In this document: piece by piece, positions 1-12,751 of the stretch
Layout of the letters: each line of letters starts with the position of its first letter
Numbering within the stretch: the first letter of the stretch is position 1
Origin: Octopus sinensis
Taxonomy: Eukaryota
NCBI RefSeq assembly: GCF_006345805.1
Contig: NC_043025.1
Coordinates: 8,990,001-9,054,000 of the forward strand
Length of the DNA stretch: 64,000 nucleotides
Reading direction: 5' to 3'
Notes under the pieces: model-generated
What the model was told of the DNA's origin: nothing
Databases searched by the model: none
What the model saw: the letters and a program-made list of their open reading frames with translations, nothing else
Made by a program: the position numbers and the translations under genes

Positions 1-1601
1 TGGTACTTATTTAATTGACCCCGGGGAAGGATGAAGGGCAAAGTCGACTCGGCGGAATTTGAACTCAGAACGTAGCGGCAGACGAATACCTATTCTTTAC
101 TACCCACAGGGGCTAAACACAGAGAGGACAAACAAGGACACACAAACAGATTAAGTCGATTATATCAACCCCAGTGCATAACTGGTACTTATTTAATTGA
201 CCCCGAAAGGATGAAGGGCAAAGTCGACCTCGGCGGAATTTGAACTCAGAACGTAGTGGCAGATGAAATACCTATTTCTTTACTACCCACAAGGGGCTAA
301 ACACAGAGAGGACAAACAAGGACACACAAACAGATTAAGTCGATTATATCAACCCCAGTGCATAACTGGTACTTATTTAATTGACCCCGAAAGGATGAAG
401 GGCAAAGTCGACCTCGGCGGAATTTGAACTCAGAACGTAGTGGCAGATGAAATACCTATTTCTTTACTACCCACAAGGGGCTAAACACAGAGAGGACAAA
501 CAAGGACACACAAACAGATTAAGTCGATTATATCAACCCCAGTGCATAACTGGTACTTATTTATTGCCCCGAAAGGATGAAGGCAAAGTCGACCTCGGCG
601 GAATTTGAACTCCAGAACGTAGTGGCAGACGAAATACCTATTTCTTTACTACCACACAAGGGGCTAAACACAGAGAGGACAAACAAGGACAGACAAAAGA
701 TTAGTCGATTATATCAACCCCAGTGCATAACTGGTACTTATTTAATTGACCCCGAAAGGATGAAGGGCAAAGTCGACCTCGGCGGAATTTGAACTCAGAA
801 CGTAGTGGCAGATGAAATACCTATTTCTTTACTACCCACAAGGGGCTAAACACAGAGAGGACACAAGGACACACAACAGATTAGTCGATTATTCAACCCC
901 AGTGCATAACTGGTACTTATTTAATTGACCCCGAAAGGATGAAGGGCAAAGTCGACCTCGGCGGAATTTGAACTCAGAACGCGTAGTGGCAGATGAAATA
1001 CCATTTCTTTACTATCCACAAGGGGCTAACACAGAGAGGACAAACCAGGATAGACAAATGATTTAAGTCGATTATATCAACCCCAGTGCATAACTGGTAC
1101 TTATTTAATTGACCCCGAAAGGATGAAAGGCAAAGTCAACCTCGGCGGAATTTGAACTCAGGACGTAGCGGCAGACGAAATACCTATTTCTTTACTACCC
1201 ACAAGGGGCTAAACACAGAGAGGACAAACAAGGACACACAAACAGATTAAGTCGATTATATCAACCCCAGTGCATAACTGGTACTTATTTAATTGACCCC
1301 GAAAGAATGAAAGGCAAAGTCGACCTCGGCGGAATTTGAACTCAGAACATAGCGGCAGATGAAATACCTATTTCTTTACTACCCACAAGGGGCTAAACAC
1401 CGAGAGGACAAACAAGGACAGACAAACAGATTAAGTTGATTATATCGACCCCAGTGCATAACTGGTACTTATTTAATTGACCCCGAAAGGATGAAGGGCA
1501 AAGTCAACCTCGGCGGAATTTGAACTCAGAACGTAGCGGCAGACGAAATACCGCTAAGCATTTTGCCCCGTGTGTTAACAATTCTGCCAGCTCACCACCT
1601 T
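1..1601 (-). repeat. Tandem array (~184-bp unit, >=8.5 copies, runs off the window start) of a tRNA-derived SINE body, with one SINE head at ~1545-1601
   Basis: TGGTACTTAT recurs at 1, 183, 367, 551, 732, 911, 1095, 1279, 1463. On the minus strand, head GGTGGTGAGCTGGCAGAATTG..GTTCTGAGTTCAAATTCC has A/B-box-like motifs. Monomeric copies of the same family occur at ~11810-12003 and ~17185-17345. Confidence 0.9.
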
Positions 1602-1685
1602 GGTGTTCTTGTTGTACTGGGGGCATGCTGAAAGAAGACAGGCCTTGAAAGCACTTTACCTGTGCATGCTGGCTCCACTCTCTCT

Positions 1686-2807
1686 CTCTTTTACTCTTTT
1701 ACTTGTTTCAGTCATTTTGACTGCGGCCATGCTGGAGCACCGCCTTTAGTCGAGCAAATCGACCCCAGGACTTATTCTTTGTAAGCCCAGTACTTATTCT
1801 ATCGGTCTCTTTTGCCGAACCGCTAAGTAACGGGGACATGAACACACCAGCATCGGTTGTCAAGCAATGCTAAGGGGACAAACACAGACACACAAACATA
1901 CACATACACACACACATATATATATATATACATATATACGACAAGCTTCTTTCAGTTTCCGTCTACCAAATCCACTCACAGTCATTGGTCGGCCCGGGGC
2001 TAAAGCAGAAGACACTTGCCCAAGATGCCACGCAGTGGGACTGAACCCTGAACCATGTGGTTGGTTAGCAAGCTACTTAGCACCACCCCACTCCTGCACC
2101 TATATACATATACGACGGGCTTTTTCTTTAGTTTCCGTCTACCAAATCCACTCCAAAGGCATTGGTCGGCCCGGGGCTAAAGCAGAAGGACACTTGCCCA
2201 AGATGCCACGCAGTGGGACTGAACCCTGAACCATGTGTTTGGTTAGCAGCTACTTACCACACAGCCACTCCTGCACCTATATACATATATACGACGGGCT
2301 TCTTTCAGTTTCCGTCTACCAAATCCACTCACAGTCATTGGTCGGCCCGGGGCTAAAGCAGAAGACACTTGCCCAAGATGCCACGCAGTGGGACTGAACC
2401 CTGAACCATGTGGTTGGTTAGCAAGCTACTTAGCACACAGCCACTCCTGCACCTATATACATATATACGACGGGCTTCTTTCAGTTTCCGTCTACCAAAT
2501 CCACTCACAAGGCATTGGTCGGCCCGGGGCTAAAGCAGAAGACACTTGCCCAAGATGCCACGCAGTGGGACTCAACCCTGAACCATGTGGTTGGTTAGCA
2601 AGCTACTTACCACACAGCCACTCCTGCACCTATATACATATATACGACGGGCTTCTTTCAGTTTCCGTCTACCAAATCCACTCACAAGGCATTGGTCAGC
2701 CCGGGGCTAAAGCAGAAGACACTTGCCCAAGGTGCCACGCAGTGGGACTGAACCCGGAACCATGTGGTTGGTTAGCAAGCTACTTACCACACAGCCACTC
2801 CTGCACC
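1686..2807 (-). mobile_element. tRNA-derived SINE (family A) with five tandem 5' heads and one 3' tail
   Basis: Head GGAGTGGCTGTGTGGTAAG..GGTTCAGTCCC (A/B boxes) repeats with ~177-bp period and (TA)n spacers; one tail ends in (GAGTAAAA)n at ~1686-1705. Confidence 0.85.
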
Positions 2808-3096
2808 TCCACTGTTCACTCATATTTTAGACTAAGACCACAACTTCCTCTCACCCTTTCTTCTGTTGGCCTGCTCGCTTAGCCAGCAGGGTGGCGTCAT
2901 TTGAGGGCTAAAACAATGCGAAGTACATTGTGACCAGCGATGTGTAGCAGCATCTGATAGCCTGGTCGGATTACGGTGATCATGGTGATATTTATATACA
3001 CATACACACACACACACACATTTATATCTGATGAAAAGTCCTGTTAGGAGCCAGGAAACTTTAAGTAGCCCAGAATCTGAATCGAACTGTTTTAAT

Positions 3097-4545
3097 CCAT
3101 ACATACATGGTGGCTGCCCCATCGTTATCAAGTATGGCCATTGCACGAAGCTTAATCAATGTTGCCATCGTGCAATGCCTATGCAAGAAGATTTTTTTTT
3201 TTAAAGTGAGGAAAGGCTGTGCACTGAGTCAATCCCACTCACTAATCAACAGCAGCCATAATCCGAAAAGAAGAACAAGTCAACATCATCGGTAACCACT
3301 GAGCCGCAGGTTTTATGTCGAAGTTATCCCAGTTATCTCAGTTACCTTCTCCTAGAAGGATGCCCTAACAAAGGCTAGGAGTCCTTCACTTCCAATGGTT
3401 TAACCATGCAATCGGGTATTCAGTCTGATTATTTCTATGTCCCCGTGCATGACATACATACATACATACATACATGGTGGCTGCCACCTCATTATCGAGT
3501 ATGGCCATTGCACGAAGCTTAATCAATGTTGCCATCGTGCAATGCCTGCGCAAGAAGATTCTTTTTAAAGTGAGGAAAGGCTGTGCACTGAGTCAATCCC
3601 ACTCACTAATCAACAGCAGCCATAATCCGAAAAGAAGAACAAGTCAACATCATCGGTAACCACTGAGCCGCAGGTTTTATGTCGAAGTTATCCCAGTTAT
3701 CTCAGTTACCTTCTCCTAGAAGGATGCCCTAACAAAGGCTAGGAGTCCTTCACTTCCAATGGTTTAACCATGCAATCGGGTATTCAGTCTGATTATTTCT
3801 ATGTCCCCGTGCATGACATACATACATACATATACATGGTGGCTGCCACCTCATTATCGAGTGAGTATGGCCATTGCACGAAGCTTAATCAATGTTGCCA
3901 TCGTGCAATGCCTGCGCAAGAAGATTCTTTTTAAAGTGAGGAAAGGCTGTGCACTGAGTCAATCCCACTCACTAATCAACAGCAGCCATAATCCGAAAAG
4001 AAGAACAAGTCACCATCATCGGTAACCGCTGAGCCGCAGGTTTTATGTTGAAGTTATCCCAGTTACTTGAGTTTACTTTCTCCTGGAAGGATGCCCTAAC
4101 AAAGACTAGGAGTCCTTCACTCCCAATGGTTTAACCACGCGATCGGGTATTCAGTCCGATTATTTCTATGTCCCCGTGCATGACATACATACATACATAC
4201 ATACATACATACATACATACATACATACATGGAGGCTGCCCCCTCGTTATCGAGTATGGCCATTGCACGAAGCTTAATCAATGTTGTTATTGTGCAATGC
4301 CTGCGCAAGAAGATTCTTTTTAAAGTGAGGAAAGGCTGTGCACTGAGTCAATCCCACTCACTAATCAACATCAGCCGTAATCCGAAAAGAAGAACAAGTC
4401 AACATCATCGGTAACCACTGAGCCGCAGGTTTTATGCCGGAGTTATCCCAGTTACCTGAGTTACCTTCTCCTAGAAGGATGCCCTAACAAAGGCTAGGAG
4501 TCCTTCACTCCCAATGGTTTAACCGCGCGATCGGGTATTCATCTT
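3097..4545. repeat. Four tandem ~360-370-bp units separated by (CATA)n
   Basis: Near-identical units start at about 3105, 3472, 3835 and 4227; the same 61-aa pseudo-ORF recurs four times in the ORF track. Confidence 0.9.
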
Positions 4546-4552
4546 GATTTTA

Positions 4553-4604
<52 letters not shown>

Positions 4605-4671
4605 ATATATATGATCATATCAAAGGAAATTGAATTTAATTAAAATTAAAAACATTCAATTAAAATTACAT

Positions 4672-5594
4672 TTACATGACTGTGGCCATGCTGGAGCACC
4701 ACATTTATTCGAGAAAATCAACTCCAGGACTTATTCTTTGTAAGCCTAGTACTTATTCTATCAGTACTTATTCTATAGTACTTATTCTATCAGTCTCTTT
4801 TGCCAAACTGCTAAGTTACGGGGGCATAAACACACCAACATTGGTTGTCAAGCGATGTTGGGGTGACAAACACAGACACACAAACATACACACACAGCAC
4901 ATACATATATATATATACTCTTTTACTCTTTTACTTGTTTCAGTCATTTGACTGTGGCCATGCTGGAGCACCGCCTTTAGTTGAGCAAATTGACCCCGAG
5001 ACCTATTCTTTGTAAGCCCAGTACTTATTCTATCGGTCTCTTTTGCCGAACCGCTAAGTGACGGGGACATGAACACACCAGCATCGGTTGTCAAGCAATG
5101 CTAGGGGGACAAACACAGACACACAAACACATACACACACATATATATATATATACATACATATATACGACAGGCTTCTTTCAGTTTCCGTCTACCAAAT
5201 CCACTCACAAGGCATTAGTCAGCCCAGGGCTATAGCAGAAGACACTTGCCCAAGGTGCCACGCAGTGGGACTGAACCATAAACCATGTGGTTGGTAAGCA
5301 AGCTACTTACCACACAGCCATTCCTGCACCTATGTATGTATATATATATATATATATATGTATATATAGTGTGTGTATATATATATATATATATATGTAT
5401 ACATACATATATACGACAGGCTTCTTCCAGTTTCCGTCTACCAAATCCACTCACAAGGCATTGGTCAGCCCAGGGCTATAGCAGAAGACACTTGCCCAAG
5501 ATGCCATGCAGTGGGACTGAACCATAAACCATGTGGTTGGTAAGCAAGCTACTTACCACACAGCCACTCCTGCGCCTATGTATGTATGTATGTA

Positions 5595-5643
<49 letters not shown>

Positions 5644-5850
5644 TGTATATATATATATATATATATATGTATACATACATATATACGACAGGCTTCTTTC
5701 AGTTTCCGTCTACCGAATCCAATCACAAGGCATTGGTCAGCCCAGGGCTATAGCAGAAGACACTTGCCCAAGATGCCACGCGGTGGGACTGAACCATAAA
5801 CCATGTGGTTGGTTAGCAAGCTACTTACCACACACCCACTCCTGCGCCTA
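4672..5850 (-). mobile_element. SINE family A cluster (two tails, three tandem heads)
   Basis: Same head and tail sequences as 1686-2807; heads end near 5330, 5577 and 5849. Confidence 0.85.
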
Positions 5851-5866
5851 TGTATGTATATATATA

Positions 5867-7526
5867 ACGGGAAGCTTTATGAAAATAGACAAAAGACGAA
5901 GGCAGGTGGAAAACAAACGAACAATTGTATTAGTATGGCGCTCAGGAAATATAAATAAAACAAGTCTTTAACGTTTCGAGCCTACGCTCTTCAACAGAAA
6001 GATACACAGAGAGAAAAAAAACACAGAAAGAAGGAGAGAAAAAAAATGCGTGCAGTAACTAACGAATCAACATGGCGATCTGATTTCGGCCAGAGGTCAA
6101 AGATCAAACATGAGACGCGAGAGCGAAAAAAGGGGAGATAATAGGTTGATAATAGGGTTGAATGACCAGCTATTAGTGCGTAGGAGGGGTCTGGACGTGT
6201 GTATGTATAGGGTTGGTGTATGTATTAGTATGTATTAGTATGTATAAGGGTGTGTGTGTGTGTGTGTGTGTATGAGAGAGTATTAGTGCGTAGGATAGGT
6301 CTGGACGTGCGTATGTATGGGGTTGGTGTATGTATTAGTATATATTAGTATGTATAGTACGTATTAGTATGTATAAGTGTGTGTGTGGTGTGTATGAGAG
6401 AGTATAAGTGCGTATGAGGGGTCTGGACGTGTGTATGTAGGGTTGGTGTATGTATTAGTATGTATTAGTATGGCACATCATATATGATGTGATGTGTAAA
6501 GTCGTGTGGTGTAGTGAGGAGAGAGGAGGAGGGGGGGAGAAGAGGGGGGATAGAAGGGGAGGGGAGAAGAGGGGGGAGATGGGGAGGGGGGAGAAGAGAG
6601 GGAGGAGAAGGAAGGGGAGGGGGAAGGGGAGGAGGGGGGGAGGAAGGAGGAAAGGGAAAGAGGAGAGAGGGGGAGAGAGAAGGGGAGTGAGGGAGTGAGG
6701 GAGCAGAGGGAAAGGGAAGAGGGAAGGAGGGAGGGAGAAAGAGGGAAGAAGGGAAGGGGAGTAGGGGTGAAAGGATGAAGGACTGAAGAAGTAGGGGTCG
6801 GGGGAAGGATAGGTGAGGAGGGGGAGAGGGGGTTAGATGAGGAGGGGGGGAGAGTTGAGACCAAATGGCGTATAAGAGCGAAGAGAGAAGATTAATTCCT
6901 GTTCACGGCGCAAACGGGAATCCGGATGGCCTCTGTGTAAGGACAAACCGAACACAGATAGGTGTTGCAAGGAGTGACCGGTGGAGCGTAAATGGCGTGA
7001 GACCGGTGTGTCGTTCGCAAGGTGGATGTCACGAAGGTGTTCCGCGAACCGGTCAGCCAAGCGGCATCCCGTTTGTCCGATGTACAAGGAATTGCAGAGA
7101 GAGCAAGAGATGCAATAGATAATATTGCTGGAGGTGCAGGTGAAGGAGTGGATGATGGGATAGGGTCGATGGTGGGTGCTAGTGAGGCGGGTGGTGTTGG
7201 AGAGGTAAGGGCAAGTGTGGCAACGTGGGCGGGAGCAGGGGAACGAGCCGGGTTGGGAGGTAGGGTCAGGGAAGGAGCTATGGACCAAAAGGTCTCGAAG
7301 GTTGTGGGCTTGTTTGAAAGAGGGGAAGGGTCGGTTAGGGAAGAGGTGTGAAGTGGACGGGTTGGACTGGAGATGACGGAAAGCTCGAAGAATGGTGCGT
7401 TGGAGACGTAGGGTCGTGGGGTGGTAAGTGAGGGGAAAAGGGAGGCGGGAGACTACAGGGCGGGTTCGGGGAGAGAGAGCAGATACACGGTCCACGGACC
7501 GTGCTTTGGCAAGGGCGGTGTGGATA
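5867..7526 (-). mobile_element. Penelope-like element, 3' part: GIY-YIG endonuclease, 3' UTR and pLTR
   Basis: ORF 6833-7546(-) contains CTSSNIIYCISCSLCNSLYIGQTGCRLADRFAEH (GIY-YIG) and is closely similar to the + strand copy at 52670-54150. Confidence 0.9.
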
Positions 7527-8552
7527 GGGCCGAGGCTTTCCGCCAACTCAATGACACCTTATATTCCCCTCTGCCCTCTAACCCCACACGTAGCTACCAA
7601 CAGACGGTATCCTCTACTGTCCACGACCTCATCTCGTCCTCCCGTCTCCCCCGCACTGCATCCAACCTAATTGTGCGAACCCCATGTACCCCCACCATTT
7701 ACTTCCTCCCCAAAATCCACAAACCCAACAACTCTGGCCGCCCCATCGTCTCCGCCTGTAACTGCCCCACGGAGCTCATCTCTAAATACCTCGACCGTGT
7801 TCTTGCCCCCCTAGTGGCATCTCTTCCTCCACATCCACGATACCAACCATGCTCTCCGGCTTTTCAACTCTTTCTCCTTTCCTCCCGGCTCCTCCAAAAT
7901 CTTTTTACTATGGACATCCAAAGCCTCTATACTGTTATCCCTCACCACGAAGGACTGCAGGCCCTTCGACACTTTCTTGACCTCCGCTCTAAACCTGTAC
8001 CTGACACCCTCCACACTCATTCGTCTGGCCGAACTTGTCCTTACTCTGAACTGCTTCTCGTTCGCGGGCGAGTTCTACCATCAGGTCTCGGGAGTGGCCA
8101 TGGGAACGCGAATGGGCCCCAACTATGCGAACCTGTTCGTTGGCTATGTTGAGGCCCAAATATTCTCTAATTTCACTGGTCCCACTCCTGAACTATATGG
8201 TCGTTACATTGACGACATTATCGGTGCCACCTCACTCTCCCGCGAACATCTAGATTCCTTACTCTCTTTCGTCCAATCTTTCCATCAGCCCCTCCACTTC
8301 ACTTCCACTATCTCCAACACCTCTGTCTCCTTCCTCGACATTTCGGTTAGCATTCTTCACTCCACTCTTACCACCTCCATTCACTACAAAACACACAGAC
8401 TCACACTCAACCTCAACTTCTCTTCCTCCCACCCAGAACACACCAAGCTTTCCATCCCCTATTCCCAATTCCTCCGTCTACGTAGGCTCTGTAGTGACGA
8501 CCATGACTTCGAGACTCAGTCTCAACGTATGGCTCACCACTTCACCCTACGT
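7527..8552 (+). mobile_element. Penelope-like element reverse transcriptase (frameshifted), inverted relative to its own endonuclease half
   Basis: YFLPKIHKPNNSGRPIVSACNCPTE, FTMDIQSLYTVIPH, QVSGVAMGTRMGPNYANLF, YGRYIDDI and FLDI are PLE RT motifs; split across two frames. Confidence 0.9.
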
Positions 8553-9082
8553 GATATATATATATATATAATATATATATATATATAATATATATATATA
8601 TATATTATATTATATATATACATACTATATATACACCACACACACACACAATGGGCTTCTTTCAGTTTCCGTCTACCAAAATTCCTTGAATCTGAATGTG
8701 AATTGCTGTCTTCCAGGTGAAGCAGAGACAGGATTTTCAGATATATTCCAAGACTCTTCAAAGACATAAACGATATAATTAAAAAATATAATTAAAAAAC
8801 AAAACGAAAGCTATACAATGATAAACTGATATTTGAGTTGTTTCTCACAATATGTTTTAAATTCAATACTCCAGACATTTGTTAATCAGAATGAATGGAT
8901 TATTAATGGGAACAATTAAGTCGTTTGTGATAACAACGGAAATATAAAAAGTATCGTTTTCAACAACAGAACTGTAAATGAGTAAATAGGATAAAAAATG
9001 TTTAAAAAAATAATAGTGAGAATTACAAAACTATAAGTATTCAATATGTAGCTTGTTTACATCTCTGTATATTAGATTTGTG

Positions 9083-9470
9083 TGGAGGCGCAATGGCCCA
9101 GTGGTTAGGGCAGCGGTCTCGCGGTCATAGGATCGCGGTTTCAATTCCCAGACCGGGCGTTGTGAGTGTTTATTGAGCGAAAACACCTAAAAAGCTCCAC
9201 GAGGCTCCGGCAGGGGATGGTGGTGATCCCTGCTGTACTCTTTCACCACAACTTTCTCTCACTCTTACTTCCTGTTTCTGTTGTGCCTGTATTTCAAAGG
9301 GCCAGCCTTGTCACTCTCTGTGTCACGCTGAATCTCCCCGAGAACTACGTTAAGGGTGCACGTGTCTGTGGAGTGCTCAGCCACTTACACGTTAATTTCA
9401 TGAGCAGGCTGTTCCGTTGATTTGGATCAACCGGAACCCTCGTCGTCGTAACCGACGGAGTGCTTCCATA
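9083..9470 (+). mobile_element. tRNA-derived SINE (family B)
   Basis: GGAGGCGCAATGGCCCAGTGGTTAGGGCAGCG..GGTTTCAATTCCC head; further copies at 10100-10483, 31403-31777 and a minus-strand partial at ~18150-18372. Confidence 0.85.
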
Positions 9471-9766
9471 TTAGATTTGTAAAAGAGACTGATAAACTCA
9501 GCGAAATGACTGAAACAAGTTAAAGATTAAAGATAAGAATTAATAGATTATTAATGAGGTAGACTAAATCACCTGCAGTAACTGTGCAAATGTAAACAGC
9601 TTCATGTCAGTGGTAGCATACCATTGAATAAATAAATGGAAGGAAAAATGGAAATAAGAAAACTGAGAATTGTTCGATGAATAAAACAGATCTTCTGGAA
9701 AATAGTTCTGACCTTGGAGCTATTTTGAGAGTCTACTAAAGCTGTTTTAACTTTTTGGTGTTCAAC

Positions 9767-9975
9767 AGATGGAATGACTCGACACGGCTGTTCAAGAGAA
9801 AAGACCTAATCGTCAGCATGGGGTTTTTCTGCTGCACGACAACGCCCCACCCTCATATCGCCAATATGACCAAGGAAGCCATTCAAGCGCATGGCTCGGA
9901 AGTGCTGCCACACCTGCCTTACTCTCCTGATGTGACACCAATGGATTTCCACATCTTTCGATCTCTTTCAATTCT
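9767..9975 (+). pseudogene. Tc1/mariner transposase fragment (catalytic region)
   Basis: Across a frameshift it reads LLHDNAPPHIANMTKEAIQAHGSEVLPHLPYSPDVTPMDFHIFRSL, matching mariner HDNA and YSPDLAP-x-D motifs. Confidence 0.85.
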
Positions 9976-9989
9976 GACAATTTCATGAG

Positions 9990-10026
<37 letters not shown>

Positions 10027-10099
10027 CAGACATGGCTGCTTGGTAAGAAGTTTGCTTTCCAACCACATAGTTCTGTGTTCAGTCCCACTGTATAAGCAA

Positions 10100-10483
10100 T
10101 GGAGGCGCAATGGCCCAGTGGTTAGGGCAGCGGACTCGCGGTCATAGGATCGCGGTTTCGATTCCCAGACCGGGCGTTGTGAGTGTTTATTGAGCGAAAA
10201 CACCTAAAGCTCCACGAGGCTCCGGCAGGGGATGGTGGTGATCCCTGCTGTACTCTTTCACCACAACTTTCTCTCACTCTTACTTCCTGTTTCTGTTGTA
10301 CATGTATTTCAAGGGGCCGGCCTTGTCACTCTCTGTGTCACACTGAATATCCCCGAGAACTACGTTAAGGGTGCACGTGTCTGTGGAGTGCTCAGCCATT
10401 TACATGTTAATTTCACGAGCAGGCTGTTCCGTTGATTTGGATCAACCGGAACCCTCGTCGTCGTAACCGACGGAGTGCTTCCA
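10100..10483 (+). mobile_element. tRNA-derived SINE (family B)
   Basis: Near-identical to 9083-9470. Confidence 0.85.
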
Positions 10484-10539
10484 CTTCCACTACCATAAGC
10501 AACAAGAATGAATCCGGTGATTTAGTACAATTATATATA

Positions 10540-11790
10540 ATGAAATTATTGTATACAGTGCTCAGGTGCACCACAAATTGTCAGAAAGTGCATATAAAGT
10601 ACATGCAGTGATGTAGAAACGTCTGGAAAGCGAACAATGTAATGAGTCAGATACATGCTTGTGTGTGTATGGAGGGGAGAAAATCAGGTGTAGTGTTGGC
10701 GAATCTCAGGAAGCATGGAAGTTTTGAAGGATGCAGTGCTCCGACAACTAACAACTGATGCCGGCAGTTTGTTCCATGCTTCAGAGTGTGTATGGAGGGG
10801 AGAAAATCAGGTGTAGTGTTGGCGAATCTCAGGAAGCATGGAAGTTTTGAAGGATGCAGTGCTCCGACAACTAACAACTGATGCCAGCAGTTTGTTCCAT
10901 GCTTCAGAGTGTGTATGGAGGGGAGAAAATCAGGTATGGTGTTGGCGAATCTCAGAAAGCATGGAAGTGTTGAAGGATGCAGTGCTCCGACAACTAACAA
11001 CTGATGCCGGCAGTTTGTTCCATGCTTCAGAGTGTGTATGGAGGGGAGAAAATCAGGTGTAGTGTTGGCGAATCTCAGAAAGCATGGAAGTGTTGAAGGA
11101 TGCAGTGCTCCGACAACTAACAACTGATGCCGGCAGTTTGTTCCATGCTTCAGAGTGTGTATGGAGGGGAGAAAATCATGTGTAGTGTTGGCGAATCTCA
11201 GAAAGCATGGAAGTGTTGAAGGATGCAGTGCTCCGACAACTAACAACTGATGCCGGCAGTTTGTCCCATGCTTCAGAGTGTGTATGGAGGGGAGAAAATC
11301 AGGTGTAGTGTTGGCAAATCTCGGAAAGCATGGAAGTTTTGAAGTATGCAGTGCTCCGACAACCACCAACTGATGCCGGCAGTCTGTTCCATGCTTCAGC
11401 AACTCTTAGAGTTGCTGAAGAAATGTTTCCTAAAGTCATGGGAGCTGTGCTGTTTTCTGACTCTGTAGATACGACCACGGGTGTTAGGCAGGTGGAGTTT
11501 GAAAAGGTGTTCAGAGTTATTATTAATAAGATGGTTAATCATTTTATGGGTGTCTGCCATAATTTTATAATTTTATAATTAATAATTTTATGGGTGTCTG
11601 CATATGCAGTAATGTACAAATGTCTGGGAAGTGAACAGTGTATGAGTCAGATACATGTTTGTGTGTGTATGGAGGGGAGAAAATCAGGTGTAGTGTTGGC
11701 GAATCTCTCAGAAAGCATGGAAGTTTTGAAGGATGCAGTGCTCCGACAACTAACAACTGATGCCGGCAGTCTGTCCATGCTTCAGCAACT
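10540..11790 (-). mobile_element. CR1/L2-group LINE 3' end with six tandem 123-bp copies of the ORF2 C-terminus
   Basis: Minus strand reads NTRGRIYRVRKQHSSHDFRKHFF..EAWNKLPASVVSCRSTASFKTSM (typical HFFxxRxxxxWNxLP..FK end). Repeat starts at 10786, 10909, 11032, 11155 and 11278. Confidence 0.8.
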
Positions 11791-11809
11791 CTGTCTTGGT
11801 GGAAGAAGT

Positions 11810-12003
11810 TTAAACTGGCAGAAATGTTAGCACGCTGCGCGACTTGTCTGCCATTACGTTCAGAGTTCAAATTCTGCCAAGGTCGACTTTGCCTGTCATC
11901 CTTTCAGGATCGATAAATTAAGTTCAAGTTATGCCCTGTGGTCGATGTAATCGACTTAATCCCTTTGTCTGTCCTTGTTTGTCCCCTCTATGTTTAGCCC
12001 CTT
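11810..12003 (+). mobile_element. Monomeric copy of the SINE family forming the 1-1601 array
   Basis: CTGGCAGAAATGTTAGCAC..GAGTTCAAATTCTGCCAAGGTCGACTTTGCC..TGTTTAGCCCC is the reverse complement of the array unit. Confidence 0.8.
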
Positions 12004-12609
12004 TTGGGCATCAAAAGAAATAAGACATACATACATACATACATACAACAGATTGCCTTCAGTTTCCATCTACCAAATCCACTGACGAGGCTTTGGCCAG
12101 TCTGGGGCTCTAGTAGAAGATGTTCATCCAAGGTGCCATACAGTGGGACTGAACACAGAACCATGTGGTTGGAAGGCAAATTTCTTACCAAGCAGCCATG
12201 TCTGCACGCACACACGCACACACACACAAACACACACACACATATCTCATGAAATTGGCATGCATACAATTATTATAGTGATCATTATTATAGTTACTAT
12301 TATAGAACTTCTCAAATTTCTTGGTGCCTTTACAAAATGATAAAATGAAAGACAATTTTTCAAAGAAAACAATATTTATGATACCAAACTATAATTAAAT
12401 AAAAGAAATTCTACATTTGTATGAGTTCATAATAGCAATCTACTCTATTGAAAACCTATTTCAGCAAATTTTCATTAAAAACATAAATAGGTATTGTTCA
12501 TGAATGGTTATGAAAACAAAACTGGAGGTGGGGGCACCAAACTGGAGTTATGCCTTCCCTCCCATCGCTCTCTCACTGCATAGATACATACATACATTCA
12601 TAATATATA

Positions 12610-12660
<51 letters not shown>

Positions 12661-12710
12661 TAGAAAAAAAACAACTTTCATCAATTCAAAATGAACAATT
12701 ATTTACACCA

Positions 12711-12751
<41 letters not shown>

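Noticed and set aside
1867-2882. Recurring ORFs containing CHAVGLNPEPCGW or RLPNPLTR
   Set aside because: Off-frame translations of SINE family A.
1-4545. Regular repeats that might be read as CRISPR arrays
   Set aside because: Units are 177-370 bp with no unique spacers, and the context is eukaryotic.
9083-9160. tRNA-like sequences with A and B boxes
   Set aside because: They are heads of multi-copy SINEs that continue into shared bodies; no complete cloverleaf is evident.
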